From NCBI GenBank assembly GCA_965215195.1, contig CBDCDC010000002.1, positions 3,712,001 through 3,776,000 of the forward strand: DNA of 64,000 nt, in the 5' to 3' direction. Source of the DNA: Candidatus Latescibacterota bacterium (GTDB lineage: Bacteria; Latescibacterota; UBA2968; UBA8231). Shown here piece after piece: positions 17,200-26,428 of this stretch. The first letter of the stretch is position 1; each line of letters starts with the position of its first letter. A program made the position numbers and the translations under genes. Below the pieces are notes generated by a model. The model was not told the origin of the DNA, searched no databases, and worked only from the letters and a program-made list of their open reading frames with translations.

Positions 17200-18879
17200 A
17201 TGCGCCGTTATCCGGTCTGGCATGTCGTCCGCGACGATCCGTACGATAGCTTAATTGATGCCCTGCTCGCCGGCCGCGGTCTGACCCGCGCCGAGCTGCA
17301 AGTCGGTCCCGAATCCTTGCATCCGCCCGAGCAAATGCAGGACATGCCAGCGGCGGTTGCGCGCCTAGAACGCGCCGTGCACACCCGCGAGAAGATAGTC
17401 GTGTACGGCGACTACGACGTCGATGGGGTTTGCAGCACCACAGTGCTCATGGATTTTCTCGAGCGCGTGGGGGCCGACTGCGACTGCCTCTTGCCCGATC
17501 GCCACAAGGACGGATACGGGCTCAAGCCGCCCGGGGTCGAGCGCGCCATAGCAAAGGGCGCATCTGTCATCGTCACGGTTGACAATGGCATTTCGGCCTA
17601 TGAGGCCCTAGCGCTGGCCGAGGCGCACGGCGTGGAGGTCGTCGTAGTCGATCACCACCAGCAGCTCGCCGAACTGCCGCGCGCCCTCGCCATCGTCAAC
17701 CCCAATCGCCGCGATTGTGCGTATCCCTTCAAGGACTTGGCCGGCGTCGGCGTCACCTTCAAGCTAGTGCAGGCTCTCAGCGAAGCTTTTCTCTGCGGCG
17801 AGGAGCGCCGCCGCTATCTCAACGAATTGCTCGACCTCGTGGCTTTGGGGACGGTGGCCGATCTCGTGCCCGTGCTGGGAGAGAATCGCCTGTTCATCCA
17901 GCGCGGCCTGCAGATTCTCCAGCGCACCAAGCGCCTCGGGCTGGGCGCGCTCAAGAGGGTGGCCAGCTACCGAGACCAGCCCCTCGATGCGGCTAGCTTG
18001 GGTTTTCGCTTGGGGCCGCGGATCAATGTCGCCGGCCGCTTGAAGACGCCCGATATAGCACTGCGGCTCTTGCGCTCCAAAAGCGAAGGCGAGGCCGCGC
18101 AGTTGGCCGACGAGCTCAACCGGCTCAACTCCCAGCGGCAGGTCTGGCAGCGCGATGGCATACGGGAAGTCGAGGAACAGGTCGGCGCGGAGGAGGACGT
18201 GGAGGACCGCATCATCGTGGTGCTAGGGGAGTGGAATGTGGGGATCGTCGGCCTGTTGGCCAGCAAGTTGTGCGAAAAATACGCCCGCCCGGCTGTCGTG
18301 TGTACCCAAGGCGGCGACCACGGCCTTTACGTAGGATCGGCTCGCAGCATCCCGTGCTACGACATCAGCGAGGGGATCCACGCCTGTGAAGAGCACTTGC
18401 AGACGCATGGCGGCCATCCGGCGGCCGCGGGTTTTTCGCTCGCAGCCAACGCCTTTGAGGGCTTTCGCCTCGCCCTGATCGGGCACGCCAACGCCCACAT
18501 TAGCGCCGAGGCCCTGCAACCTGTCTTGGACATCGACCTGATGCTCAAGCCGGCCGATTTGACGCTGGACACGGTGGAGCAGCTCGCCGCGCTAGAGCCT
18601 TTTGGCAACGGACATCGGCGTCCGGTTTTTGCCCTAGAGGACTGCCGGGTCGTTTGGGCGCGGCAAATTGGCACCGACGGCCGCCACTTTAAGGCCGAAT
18701 TGGAGGTGGGGGGCCGGCGCTGTACTGCGCTGTGGTGGAACCAAGAAGGACTCGCGGAAAAGGTGCGGCCGGGCGACCGGCTAAGCGCGGCTTTCGAGCT
18801 GGAAGCAGACACTTATACCGGCAACGGTGCCGTGCAGATGGTTATCAAGGATTTGCACTTGCGAGAGCCGGGGGCCTAG
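17200..18879 (+). CDS. recJ: Single-stranded-DNA-specific exonuclease RecJ
   Basis: YGDYDVDG, GYGL, TVDNG, VDHH, LVALGTVAD, PRINVAGR, GSARS, GGHPAAAG, LEPFGNG. Confidence 0.96.
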   Translation: MRRYPVWHVVRDDPYDSLIDALLAGRGLTRAELQVGPESLHPPEQMQDMPAAVARLERAVHTREKIVVYGDYDVDGVCSTTVLMDFLERVGADCDCLLPDRHKDGYGLKPPGVERAIAKGASVIVTVDNGISAYEALALAEAHGVEVVVVDHHQQLAELPRALAIVNPNRRDCAYPFKDLAGVGVTFKLVQALSEAFLCGEERRRYLNELLDLVALGTVADLVPVLGENRLFIQRGLQILQRTKRLGLGALKRVASYRDQPLDAASLGFRLGPRINVAGRLKTPDIALRLLRSKSEGEAAQLADELNRLNSQRQVWQRDGIREVEEQVGAEEDVEDRIIVVLGEWNVGIVGLLASKLCEKYARPAVVCTQGGDHGLYVGSARSIPCYDISEGIHACEEHLQTHGGHPAAAGFSLAANAFEGFRLALIGHANAHISAEALQPVLDIDLMLKPADLTLDTVEQLAALEPFGNGHRRPVFALEDCRVVWARQIGTDGRHFKAELEVGGRRCTALWWNQEGLAEKVRPGDRLSAAFELEADTYTGNGAVQMVIKDLHLREPGA

Positions 18880-18922
18880 GGGTTTAGAGGGACGGTTTTC
18901 TGCGGAATTGGAGAATGCGAAC

Positions 18923-20131
18923 GTGATAAGTTCCCAATACACCAAGGAGTTGTGCATCCGGGACAGCGACGCCAAAATCGTCCTGTTGGTCGTCGATGGC
19001 TTGGGCGGGTTGCCCCATCCGGCGACTGGCAAGTCCGAGCTGGAGACGGCCCGGCTGCCCAACTTAGACGCCCTAGCTAAGGGAGGCACCTGCGGCCTAA
19101 TTTCGCCTTTGGGAGCAGGCTTTACCCCGGGCAGCGGCCCAGCCCACTTAGCCCTCTTTGGCTACGATCCTTGGCAGAACCAAATCGGTCGCGGTGCCCT
19201 TTCGGCCCTCGGCTTGGGGCTGGACTTCGCCCGCGGCGACGTGGCGGCGCGCCTCAATTTTTGCACGGTGGATGCTGCGGGCCGGGTGTGCGACCGCCGC
19301 GCCGGCCGCATCCCCACGGAAAAAGGCCGCCAGCTTTGCGAAGTGCTAAGAGCGATCACAGTGCCCGAGGTGGAGGTGCAGGTCGCGGCCGAGATGGAGT
19401 ACCGCGCCGGCGTGGTGTTTTGCGGCGCGGACTTGGGCGACCAAGTCTCGGATTCGGATCCGCAGGTGACGGGCGTGCCGCCCAAGCCCCTGACGGCGCT
19501 CGCGCCGGGTTCCGAACGCACGGTCGAAGTGGCCAGTGCTTTTCTGAAGCAAGCCGCCGCATTACTCGCTGACGAGCATCCGGCCAACATGGTGCTGCTG
19601 CGGGGATTTGGTCGCTATCCAGAGCTGGTGTCCATGGACGAGGCGTACGGGCTGAAAGCACTGGGCATTGCCGGGTATCCCATGTACCGCGGCGTGGCCG
19701 GGGCCGTGGGCATGGATGTCGAAGAGGTCGGCTGGGACCTCGCGTCCGAGTTCGCCTTGCTCAAAGGCCGCTACGCGGACTACGACTTTTTCTACGTCCA
19801 CGTAAAGAAGACCGACAGCGCGGGCGAGGACGGCGATTTCGCCTTGAAGGTGCGGCTGCTAGAGGAGTTAGATACCTACATTCCGCGGTTGCTCGCGCTG
19901 CAGCCCGAGGTGCTCATCGTCACCGGCGACCACTCAACTCCTGCGATTATGCGCAGCCACAGTTGGCACCCCGTGCCCACGGCTATAGCCAGCCCGTGGG
20001 CGTTGGCCGACGCGGCCGATGAATTTTCCGAACGCGGTTGCAGCGCCGGCAGCCTCGGAGTCGCGCCGGCGACCAGCTTGATGGCGCTCGCGTTGGCCCA
20101 CGCGCGCCGGCTCGACAAGTTCGGTGCTTGA
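18923..20131 (+). CDS. apgM: 2,3-bisphosphoglycerate-independent phosphoglycerate mutase (ApgM type)
   Basis: DGLGG, LETARLPNLD, TPGSGPAHLALFGYDP, DRRAGRI, HVKKTDSAGEDG, TGDHSTP; GTG start after GGAG. Confidence 0.93.
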   Translation: MISSQYTKELCIRDSDAKIVLLVVDGLGGLPHPATGKSELETARLPNLDALAKGGTCGLISPLGAGFTPGSGPAHLALFGYDPWQNQIGRGALSALGLGLDFARGDVAARLNFCTVDAAGRVCDRRAGRIPTEKGRQLCEVLRAITVPEVEVQVAAEMEYRAGVVFCGADLGDQVSDSDPQVTGVPPKPLTALAPGSERTVEVASAFLKQAAALLADEHPANMVLLRGFGRYPELVSMDEAYGLKALGIAGYPMYRGVAGAVGMDVEEVGWDLASEFALLKGRYADYDFFYVHVKKTDSAGEDGDFALKVRLLEELDTYIPRLLALQPEVLIVTGDHSTPAIMRSHSWHPVPTAIASPWALADAADEFSERGCSAGSLGVAPATSLMALALAHARRLDKFGA

Positions 20132-20981
20132 GATGATCACTCCCCTGCGCATTGCCCACCGCGGCGCATCCGGTCCGGGGCTAGCGCCCGAGAACACGTT
20201 GGCCGCTTGCGAAAAGGCCCTCCAGATCGGCGTCGATATCCTCGAAATCGACGTCCACGCCACCCGCGACGGCCAGATCGTGGTCTTGCACGACGCAGCG
20301 CTGGACCGGACGACCAACGGCACCGGGTTGGTCGCCGACCTCTTGGGCGAGGAAGTGCGCCAATTCGACGCTGGCCGCTGGTTTAGTGCTGATTTTGCCG
20401 GCGAGCGCGTACCCCTGCTCGAAGACGTGCTCGACTTAGCGCGCCACCAAGCCCTCGTGCTGATAGAGATCAAGGCCGACGGCATGGCCGAGCGCATCCT
20501 GCAGGTGATTGAGGCGGCGAATGCGGCGGAGCGCGTCGTAGTGCAAGCGTTCAATCCGCAAACCGTCCAGCGGCTCAACTTGCTTGCCCCGACCCTGCCT
20601 ACGGCCCTGTTGGTCGGCCAGTTGCCGACCACGCCATCGCGGGTACGCGCGCGCCGCCTCGTGCGCCAAGTGCTGCAAGTGGGGGCCAACGCGCTGGCGA
20701 TGTGGTACGCGGCGCTGACCCCGCCCTTCCTCGAAGAGATGCGCCAGCGGGGCATTGCGGTCTGGGCTTGGACCGTTGACGAGGATATTGCCATGCGCGA
20801 CTTGGCGATGATGGGGGTACAAGGGATCATCACCAATCAGCCAGACCGGCTCAATCAAGTGCTCGACGAACTGGTCGCCGACGGGCACCTGCGGCCGCCT
20901 TTGGGCCAGCGCGTCAAGCGCAGCCGCTGGGGCCGCCGCCGCCAATTGCGCAAGCTCCAAGCCGCCAAGCGGGGTCGCTGA
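20124..20981 (+). CDS. Glycerophosphodiester phosphodiesterase
   Basis: IAHRGAS..APENTL, EIDVHATRDG.IVVLHD..LDRTT, IEIK, WTVD, GIITNQP; start may be ATG 20133. Confidence 0.93.
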   Translation: MLEMITPLRIAHRGASGPGLAPENTLAACEKALQIGVDILEIDVHATRDGQIVVLHDAALDRTTNGTGLVADLLGEEVRQFDAGRWFSADFAGERVPLLEDVLDLARHQALVLIEIKADGMAERILQVIEAANAAERVVVQAFNPQTVQRLNLLAPTLPTALLVGQLPTTPSRVRARRLVRQVLQVGANALAMWYAALTPPFLEEMRQRGIAVWAWTVDEDIAMRDLAMMGVQGIITNQPDRLNQVLDELVADGHLRPPLGQRVKRSRWGRRRQLRKLQAAKRGR

Positions 20982-21000
20982 GAAATTAGGGGAGTCGCAG

Positions 21001-21192
21001 ATGCTCTACACCTTGTTGGCCGTACTGCTGCTGGTCGCCGTGGTGCTGAAGTACTGGCAGCCCTTTGGCCAGCGGTGCCCTCAGTGCCAAGCCCGCCGCG
21101 AGGATGCGGAATACCCCTTGTGTCCAAATTGCGGGTGGATCTACGAAGTGCCCGGGGAAGAGCCGGACGACGAAGAAAAGGCGAAATTCTGA
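21001..21192 (+). CDS. Small membrane-anchored zinc-ribbon protein
   Basis: N-terminal TM, CPQC...CPNC, GGGGAG RBS. Confidence 0.7.
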   Translation: MLYTLLAVLLLVAVVLKYWQPFGQRCPQCQARREDAEYPLCPNCGWIYEVPGEEPDDEEKAKF

Positions 21193-21233
21193 AGGACGCA
21201 GAGCCGCGCTGGTTGGGCCGTTAGGTCCTAGGA

Positions 21234-21280
21234 TGGAGGGCGTCTCGCCCTCCACCATGCGAGGGCAAGATGCCCTCGCA
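21234..21280. repeat. REP-like double palindrome
   Basis: TGGAGGGCGTCTCGCCCTCCA and TGCGAGGGCAAGATGCCCTCGCA; inverted homolog at 43562-43601. Confidence 0.75.
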
Positions 21281-21309
21281 CCCAAGCCATCCCGCGTCCT
21301 GATTTGCGC

Positions 21310-21339
21310 TTGACAATTCCCTGTACTTCCCTTTAGATT
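21310..21339 (+). promoter_or_regulatory. Putative sigma70 promoter of the L,D-transpeptidase locus
   Basis: TTGACA-18 nt-TAGATT upstream of 21390. Confidence 0.6.
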
Positions 21340-21389
21340 GTCTCTAATTATAGGGAAGCGCAGAACGTTCAAACTCAGGAAGGTGGACC

Positions 21390-22013
21390 ATGGAAATGCG
21401 GGCAATATCGCTATTTGTCGCCGTTGCGGTTTTGGCGGGCTGTGACGACCCCCCCACAGCCGAGCTAGAAACGGCCAAGCAAGCCCTTGACGCGGCCCGG
21501 GACGTCGGTGCCGAGCGCTTTGCCTCCGATGAGTACTCGGCCGCGCAGCGTGCGTACAGCGAAGCCGAAGCAACGACCAACAGCGAAGCCGAGCGCTTTT
21601 TCCTCCTCAAGGACTTTGAGCAGGCGCGAGCGCAAATCGCCGATGCTAAGACCAAAGCCATGCGGGCAGAGACGTCGGCACAAGCCGAAAAGAAACGCCA
21701 GAGGGAGTCGGCCGAAGCCGCGATTGCCGCCGCCCGCGACGCGGTCAGTGCCGCATATACCAGCCTAGAGGAAGCGCCGTCCGGCAAAGGCACGGAAGCC
21801 GATATTGAGGAATTGCGCGCCGAGTTGAGCACGGCCGAAGCCGATTTAGACGCGGCCGAAGCTGCGCTGAACAGCGAGAATTTCTCCGGTGCCGAGTCCC
21901 TCGCCGAAAACGCGGATCAGAAGGCTACCGAGGTCGCCGACGGCGTGATGGTGGCCGTGGATAAATACCACGAGTTGGTCGAAAAGATGCGCCCTTGGTA
22001 CGAGCGCATCTGA
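21390..22013 (+). CDS. Ala/Glu-rich coiled-coil lipoprotein (DUF4398-like)
   Basis: Lipobox VLAGC; DDPPTAELETAKQALDAARDVGAERFA helical pattern. Confidence 0.75.
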   Translation: MEMRAISLFVAVAVLAGCDDPPTAELETAKQALDAARDVGAERFASDEYSAAQRAYSEAEATTNSEAERFFLLKDFEQARAQIADAKTKAMRAETSAQAEKKRQRESAEAAIAAARDAVSAAYTSLEEAPSGKGTEADIEELRAELSTAEADLDAAEAALNSENFSGAESLAENADQKATEVADGVMVAVDKYHELVEKMRPWYERI

Positions 22014-22023
22014 GCGTACGCCA

Positions 22024-22617
22024 TTGCAAGCCCCAACCACAGGCGGCCGGGAGTTGCTCCCGGCCGCCTTGTTTTTTTTCCTGTGGCTGTGGGGGCCGCC
22101 CGCCGCGTCTGCATCCGCGCTCGCGTTAGAACACCAGCAACTGGTGCAAGCTGTTGAGCACCACGACCTAGCTACTCCCTACATCGTCATCAATACCCAA
22201 GACAATCTAATCCTGCTCCGCGAGGGGGAGCAGGTGTTGCGCCAAGCTGCTTGTGCAACGGGCAGCGGCCGCAAGCTCGAAGGCACTAAGCGGTGGCATC
22301 GCTGGACTTTCGACACCCCCAAGGGCCGCTTCGCCATCCGCCGCAAAGTCGCCGACCCCCTGTGGACCCGGCCGACTTGGTTCTTCGTCGAAAGCGACGA
22401 GGAGATTCCCATTTTCGCCGAGGACCCGCGGCGGTTCCAGCGCGGGGTCTTGGGCGCGTACGCATTGTACTTCCTCGAGGATTTTATGATTCACGGGACG
22501 CTCTTTGAAATCAACTTGGGCAAGAGCATAACCCACGGCTGCGTACGGGTGGGCAACGAGGATCTGGAGTACCTGTACGAAGCCGTCGAAATCGGCTGGC
22601 CGGTCTTTATCTACTAA
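22024..22617 (+). CDS. L,D-transpeptidase (YkuD family)
   Basis: YIVIN, CATG, TPKGRF, LGAYALY, IHGT...ITHGCVRV catalytic His/Cys. Confidence 0.92.
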   Translation: MQAPTTGGRELLPAALFFFLWLWGPPAASASALALEHQQLVQAVEHHDLATPYIVINTQDNLILLREGEQVLRQAACATGSGRKLEGTKRWHRWTFDTPKGRFAIRRKVADPLWTRPTWFFVESDEEIPIFAEDPRRFQRGVLGAYALYFLEDFMIHGTLFEINLGKSITHGCVRVGNEDLEYLYEAVEIGWPVFIY

Positions 22618-23135
22618 TGAAGCTCCTATCGTTGTTTTGGGCCGTTGCGTACGGCGCGAGCGCGGCGTCGGCTGCGGACTTGGCCTATGTCAACGCCGCG
22701 CTAAGGGCTTGGTTGCAGGCTATAGAAGCGGACGCGCCGTACTTGCTGGTAGATCGGGGCGCGGGCGCACTGCGGCTGATGCACGGGAAGGCACTTTTGC
22801 GGCGTGCTCCGCTCGCGGCCGACTCCCTTGGAGCGCGGCCGCCGGTGCAATCCTCGCTCGAGGCCCGGTTGCGCCGCTATCGACCCAGCAGCCCTTGGCG
22901 CGGCTTGGTGCCCAGCCCTTTCGACTGGGAACAGAATTTGGTCGCCGATGCCGCGGTTACCAGCGCCCTGTATTTTGCGAGCGGACTGCTGATCTACGCC
23001 CGACCGGCGTGGCACCGCCCAGACGCCATGGATCTGCAAATCGGGGCCGCTGATTTGCGCGCGCTGTACAATGCCTGCGGTCCAGGTACCGCGCTCGTCG
23101 TCCTGCCCGCCAATTGGAGAGAGGGGCCGCAGTAG
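22617..23135 (+). CDS. Secreted YkuD-like protein lacking the catalytic His/Cys
   Basis: Aligns by eye with the upstream LDT (YLLVD..LRLMHG..LR; ALYF; ADLRALY..GPGTALVV) but has no HG..HGC; stop/start overlap TAATG. Confidence 0.55.
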   Translation: MKLLSLFWAVAYGASAASAADLAYVNAALRAWLQAIEADAPYLLVDRGAGALRLMHGKALLRRAPLAADSLGARPPVQSSLEARLRRYRPSSPWRGLVPSPFDWEQNLVADAAVTSALYFASGLLIYARPAWHRPDAMDLQIGAADLRALYNACGPGTALVVLPANWREGPQ

Positions 23136-24418
23136 TGTTGCACTTTGGCGCGGCGGTCGTCGACATCACGCCGCCGGTCGGCATCCCAATGGGCGGGTAC
23201 TGGGGGCGGCGATCCGGGGCCACGCACATCCGCGACCGCCTCATGGCCAAGGCCCTCGTCTGCGGCCGCGATTCGGCGCGGGTTGCCCTTGTTGCCGTCG
23301 ATTTGGTGGGCTTGGACGCAGCCGTCGTGCGGGTGGTTCGGGAGCGGGTACGGTGCGCCACTGGCATCGAAGGCGCGGCCATCATGGTCTGCGCCTCCCA
23401 CACGCACGCCGGCCCGCTGACCTTCCCCTTCCGGGGCATGGGCCGCATCGACAGCCGCTACTTGCAGCAGGTCGCAGACGCCGTGCTCGAGGTGGTGGTA
23501 GCGGCGGCCGCCGACAGCCGACCGGGTCGCTTGTACTGTGCGCGTCCCGAGGTACAGATAGGCATCAACCGCCGCGAACCGCACCCGCAGGGCACGCGGA
23601 TCGGGCAAAATCCCGCTGGTCCGGTCGTGCCCTACGCATACGTACTGCGCTTTGTCGCTGCCGATGGCACCGGGGTCACGCTCTTCAGCTACGCCTGTCA
23701 TCCGGTGGTCTTGGGCCACGACAACCTCCAGATCAGCAGCGACTTTGCCGGTGCGGCGGTGCGCCATATCGAGGAGCAGACCGGCGATAAAGCACTCTTT
23801 ATCAACGGTGCCTGCGGCGATGTCAACCCGCGGATAACCGGCGGATCGTCTGCCGACGTCGAGGCGTTGGGGCAGGAGTTGGGTCGGGCCGTGCTGGCGG
23901 GGCGGGATGCGGCCGCGCCTTTGGAGGTTTCAGCGATAAGCTGGGCGCACGAGCGGTTGGACTTGCCGCTGCGGCCCCTGCGGCCGCGCTGGCGCGCTGA
24001 GGCCGAGAAACTCAAATGGCATCTGCGGGCGCGTTTGGCGCGGGGTGGCGAGGCTCCCAAAGCCCAGCTCGAATGGGCTGCGGCCATGCGCGAATGGGTG
24101 CGGGCTGGCGCGGGGCGCGTTCGGGTCCAGCCCTTTGAGATGCAGGCGTTGGCCTTCGGCGAACTGGTGCTCTTGGGCGTGGAAGGCGAGCTTTTTGCCC
24201 GCTATCAGCTCGACTTGGAGGCCGCGCATGGGCTAGCTGTCTTGTGTGGCTTTGCCAATGGCTGCATTGGCTACGTGCCCACGGCTGACGAGTACGCGCG
24301 CGGCGGCTACGAGATCGACCAAGCCTATAAATTTTATCCGAGTGTGCAGATGATCGCGCCGGCGAGCGAGTCGCTGATACGGCAGCGGGCCGCGGCGTTG
24401 ATAGCAAAGGTGCGCTAG
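23135..24418 (+). CDS. Neutral/alkaline ceramidase-like metallohydrolase
   Basis: DITPP, MGGY, D.L.AKAL, ASHTHAGP, YACHP, ISSDF.G, NGACGDVNP, GY.PT..EY..GGYE. Confidence 0.85.
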   Translation: MLHFGAAVVDITPPVGIPMGGYWGRRSGATHIRDRLMAKALVCGRDSARVALVAVDLVGLDAAVVRVVRERVRCATGIEGAAIMVCASHTHAGPLTFPFRGMGRIDSRYLQQVADAVLEVVVAAAADSRPGRLYCARPEVQIGINRREPHPQGTRIGQNPAGPVVPYAYVLRFVAADGTGVTLFSYACHPVVLGHDNLQISSDFAGAAVRHIEEQTGDKALFINGACGDVNPRITGGSSADVEALGQELGRAVLAGRDAAAPLEVSAISWAHERLDLPLRPLRPRWRAEAEKLKWHLRARLARGGEAPKAQLEWAAAMREWVRAGAGRVRVQPFEMQALAFGELVLLGVEGELFARYQLDLEAAHGLAVLCGFANGCIGYVPTADEYARGGYEIDQAYKFYPSVQMIAPASESLIRQRAAALIAKVR

Positions 24419-24436
24419 CGTACAACAGGAGGAGTT

Positions 24437-25111
24437 ATGCGCGATCTAGAGGTGCTCTACGATCAAGTTCCGGCCACGCGGTGCGCTGGTACGGGCGATT
24501 GCTGCTGGCTCACGGACGAGGAGTTCGACAACTACTACGCCACCATGTTTCCGCTCTATCGGGCCGAATACTCCTACATCGTCGCTTATGTGGAGCGGCA
24601 CTTTTCCCCTCAGCGCCGCCAGGCATTGCTGAGCTTTACCGAGGAGCGGCCGCGGCGCTGCCCCTTTCTCGGGGCGGACCATGGCTGTACCATCTATCCG
24701 GTGCGCCCGCTGATCTGCCGCACGTACGGGGCGATGAATTCGGTCTCAATCGCCCGCCAAGCCCTCGCGCATCAGGGCGCTCTGCCGTCGGCGCAAATTC
24801 GCGCCTTTGTGCGGCGCGAGGCCGGCATGGTGTGTCCGCGGGTAGCGGTGCTGGAGCCGGAAAAGGTCGCGCGGCACGCCCGCATGCTCATCGAGGGGAC
24901 GTACGACCGCGAATTGGCGCGGCTCAGCACTGGGGTGGAGCTAGCGGACGCGGAGCGCAAACAGCTTTTCCAACGGCTCACTGGCCGGCAAGAGTGGCCG
25001 CTGCGCTGGTCTTGGGGGGGCTTTAATGCGCTGCGCTTTGCGCCGTTGGCGTGGCTGCGCCAGCACTGGGCCGCATATTGGAAAAAGGCCGAGCTAATCG
25101 ATGGTAAATGA
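24437..25111 (+). CDS. YkgJ-family cysteine-cluster (Fe-S/Zn) protein
   Basis: C..TGDCC, CPFL....CTIYPVRPLICR.YG, distal CP; AGGAGGAG RBS. Confidence 0.85.
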   Translation: MRDLEVLYDQVPATRCAGTGDCCWLTDEEFDNYYATMFPLYRAEYSYIVAYVERHFSPQRRQALLSFTEERPRRCPFLGADHGCTIYPVRPLICRTYGAMNSVSIARQALAHQGALPSAQIRAFVRREAGMVCPRVAVLEPEKVARHARMLIEGTYDRELARLSTGVELADAERKQLFQRLTGRQEWPLRWSWGGFNALRFAPLAWLRQHWAAYWKKAELIDGK

Positions 25112-25143
25112 CGCCAGCATTGGCGTCGCAAGGAGAGTGCATC

Positions 25144-26301
25144 ATGCAGCAATACCGAGTCGCTATTTTGGGCTGCCGCAGCCGGGGCACGGCCGCGGCC
25201 CGCGCCTATCATCAGCATCCCCGCACCGAGGTCGTGGCCCTGTGCGACCTCGTGCCCGAGCGGCGGACGACTCTCGGCGACGAGCTGGGGGTTGCGGCCC
25301 GCTACGACGACCTCGACCGGATGATCGAGGCCGAGGCCCCGGACATCGTCGCCATTCCCACGGGCACCGAATTCCACTATCCGCTGGCTATGCAGGTGCT
25401 GGAGCACGGAGTCCACATCGACATTGAAAAGCCGCTCTGCACGACCTTGGCCGCGGCCGACGCGGTTTTAGCCAAAGCCGCGGAGCAAGGGGTGCAAGTG
25501 GCCGTGCATCACCAAGGCCGCAGCGGCGGCGCGCTGCAAGCGGTCAAAGCGGCGATTGCCGAGGGCCGGATCGGCGACTTGCGCTATGTGCAGGGCAGCG
25601 GCAAGGGTTACTACGGAGGCTACGGCCTAATGAATATCGCTACGCACTCGCTCAATGCCATGCTCGGAGTGGCCGGGCCGGTGCGGAGCGTCCAAGCCGT
25701 GGCCCTGACTGATGGCCGCCCGATCACTCCCGAGGATGTGGTGCCGTCGCCGAGCGGCATGGGCTATATCGCCGGCGAGCACGTGACCGCAGCCCTCGCC
25801 TTTGCGCGTGGAATTTCGGCCACCCTCTTGCAGCACCGCTTCCCCAAGGTGGATTCAACGGCCTATATGATCGAAATCTACGGCACCGAAGGTCGGCTCT
25901 ATTGGAAGAGCGGTGCCCCGTGGTTTTTGTCCACGCCGCACTTTGCCCCCGGTCGAGCCGAATGGCAGCCGCTCGCTCCCTTAGTGCCCGAACACTACGA
26001 CCCGGCGGGTCCGGCTGCGGTGGAGGACTACCAGTTCGCCGACGAGTACGTGCAGGCACTTGATGGGGGCCGTGCGCACGAGTGCTCGGGCGAGGCCGGC
26101 CGCCACGTGCTGGAGATATTGATGGGTATTTTCGAGTCGGGGGTACGCGGTCGGCGCGTCGATCTGCCGCAAGTAGAACGCGACCACCCGCTCTTGCGCT
26201 GGCGCGAGGAGGCGGGCTTGGGCCTGCCCAGCCCCATGCCGCGCCCGTATGTGGAGTGGCTCGCGGCCGAAGACCGCCGCTTGGGCCGAAGCGCGAGTTA
26301 G
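25144..26301 (+). CDS. Gfo/Idh/MocA family oxidoreductase
   Basis: RVAILGC, ALCD, DIVAIPT...H, IEKPL, GRIG, H catalytic region, IYGTEG. Confidence 0.9.
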   Translation: MQQYRVAILGCRSRGTAAARAYHQHPRTEVVALCDLVPERRTTLGDELGVAARYDDLDRMIEAEAPDIVAIPTGTEFHYPLAMQVLEHGVHIDIEKPLCTTLAAADAVLAKAAEQGVQVAVHHQGRSGGALQAVKAAIAEGRIGDLRYVQGSGKGYYGGYGLMNIATHSLNAMLGVAGPVRSVQAVALTDGRPITPEDVVPSPSGMGYIAGEHVTAALAFARGISATLLQHRFPKVDSTAYMIEIYGTEGRLYWKSGAPWFLSTPHFAPGRAEWQPLAPLVPEHYDPAGPAAVEDYQFADEYVQALDGGRAHECSGEAGRHVLEILMGIFESGVRGRRVDLPQVERDHPLLRWREEAGLGLPSPMPRPYVEWLAAEDRRLGRSAS

Positions 26302-26428
26302 CTGATAAGGGCCTGCATAAAGCCGCCCCGCAGCCTAAGCACCGGCGAACGATACTTCCGCCACAATCTATACAACCGGCTCCATGCCGCTCATAATGGA
26401 TAGCTGATGGCCTCTTCGTTGCCGCCTG

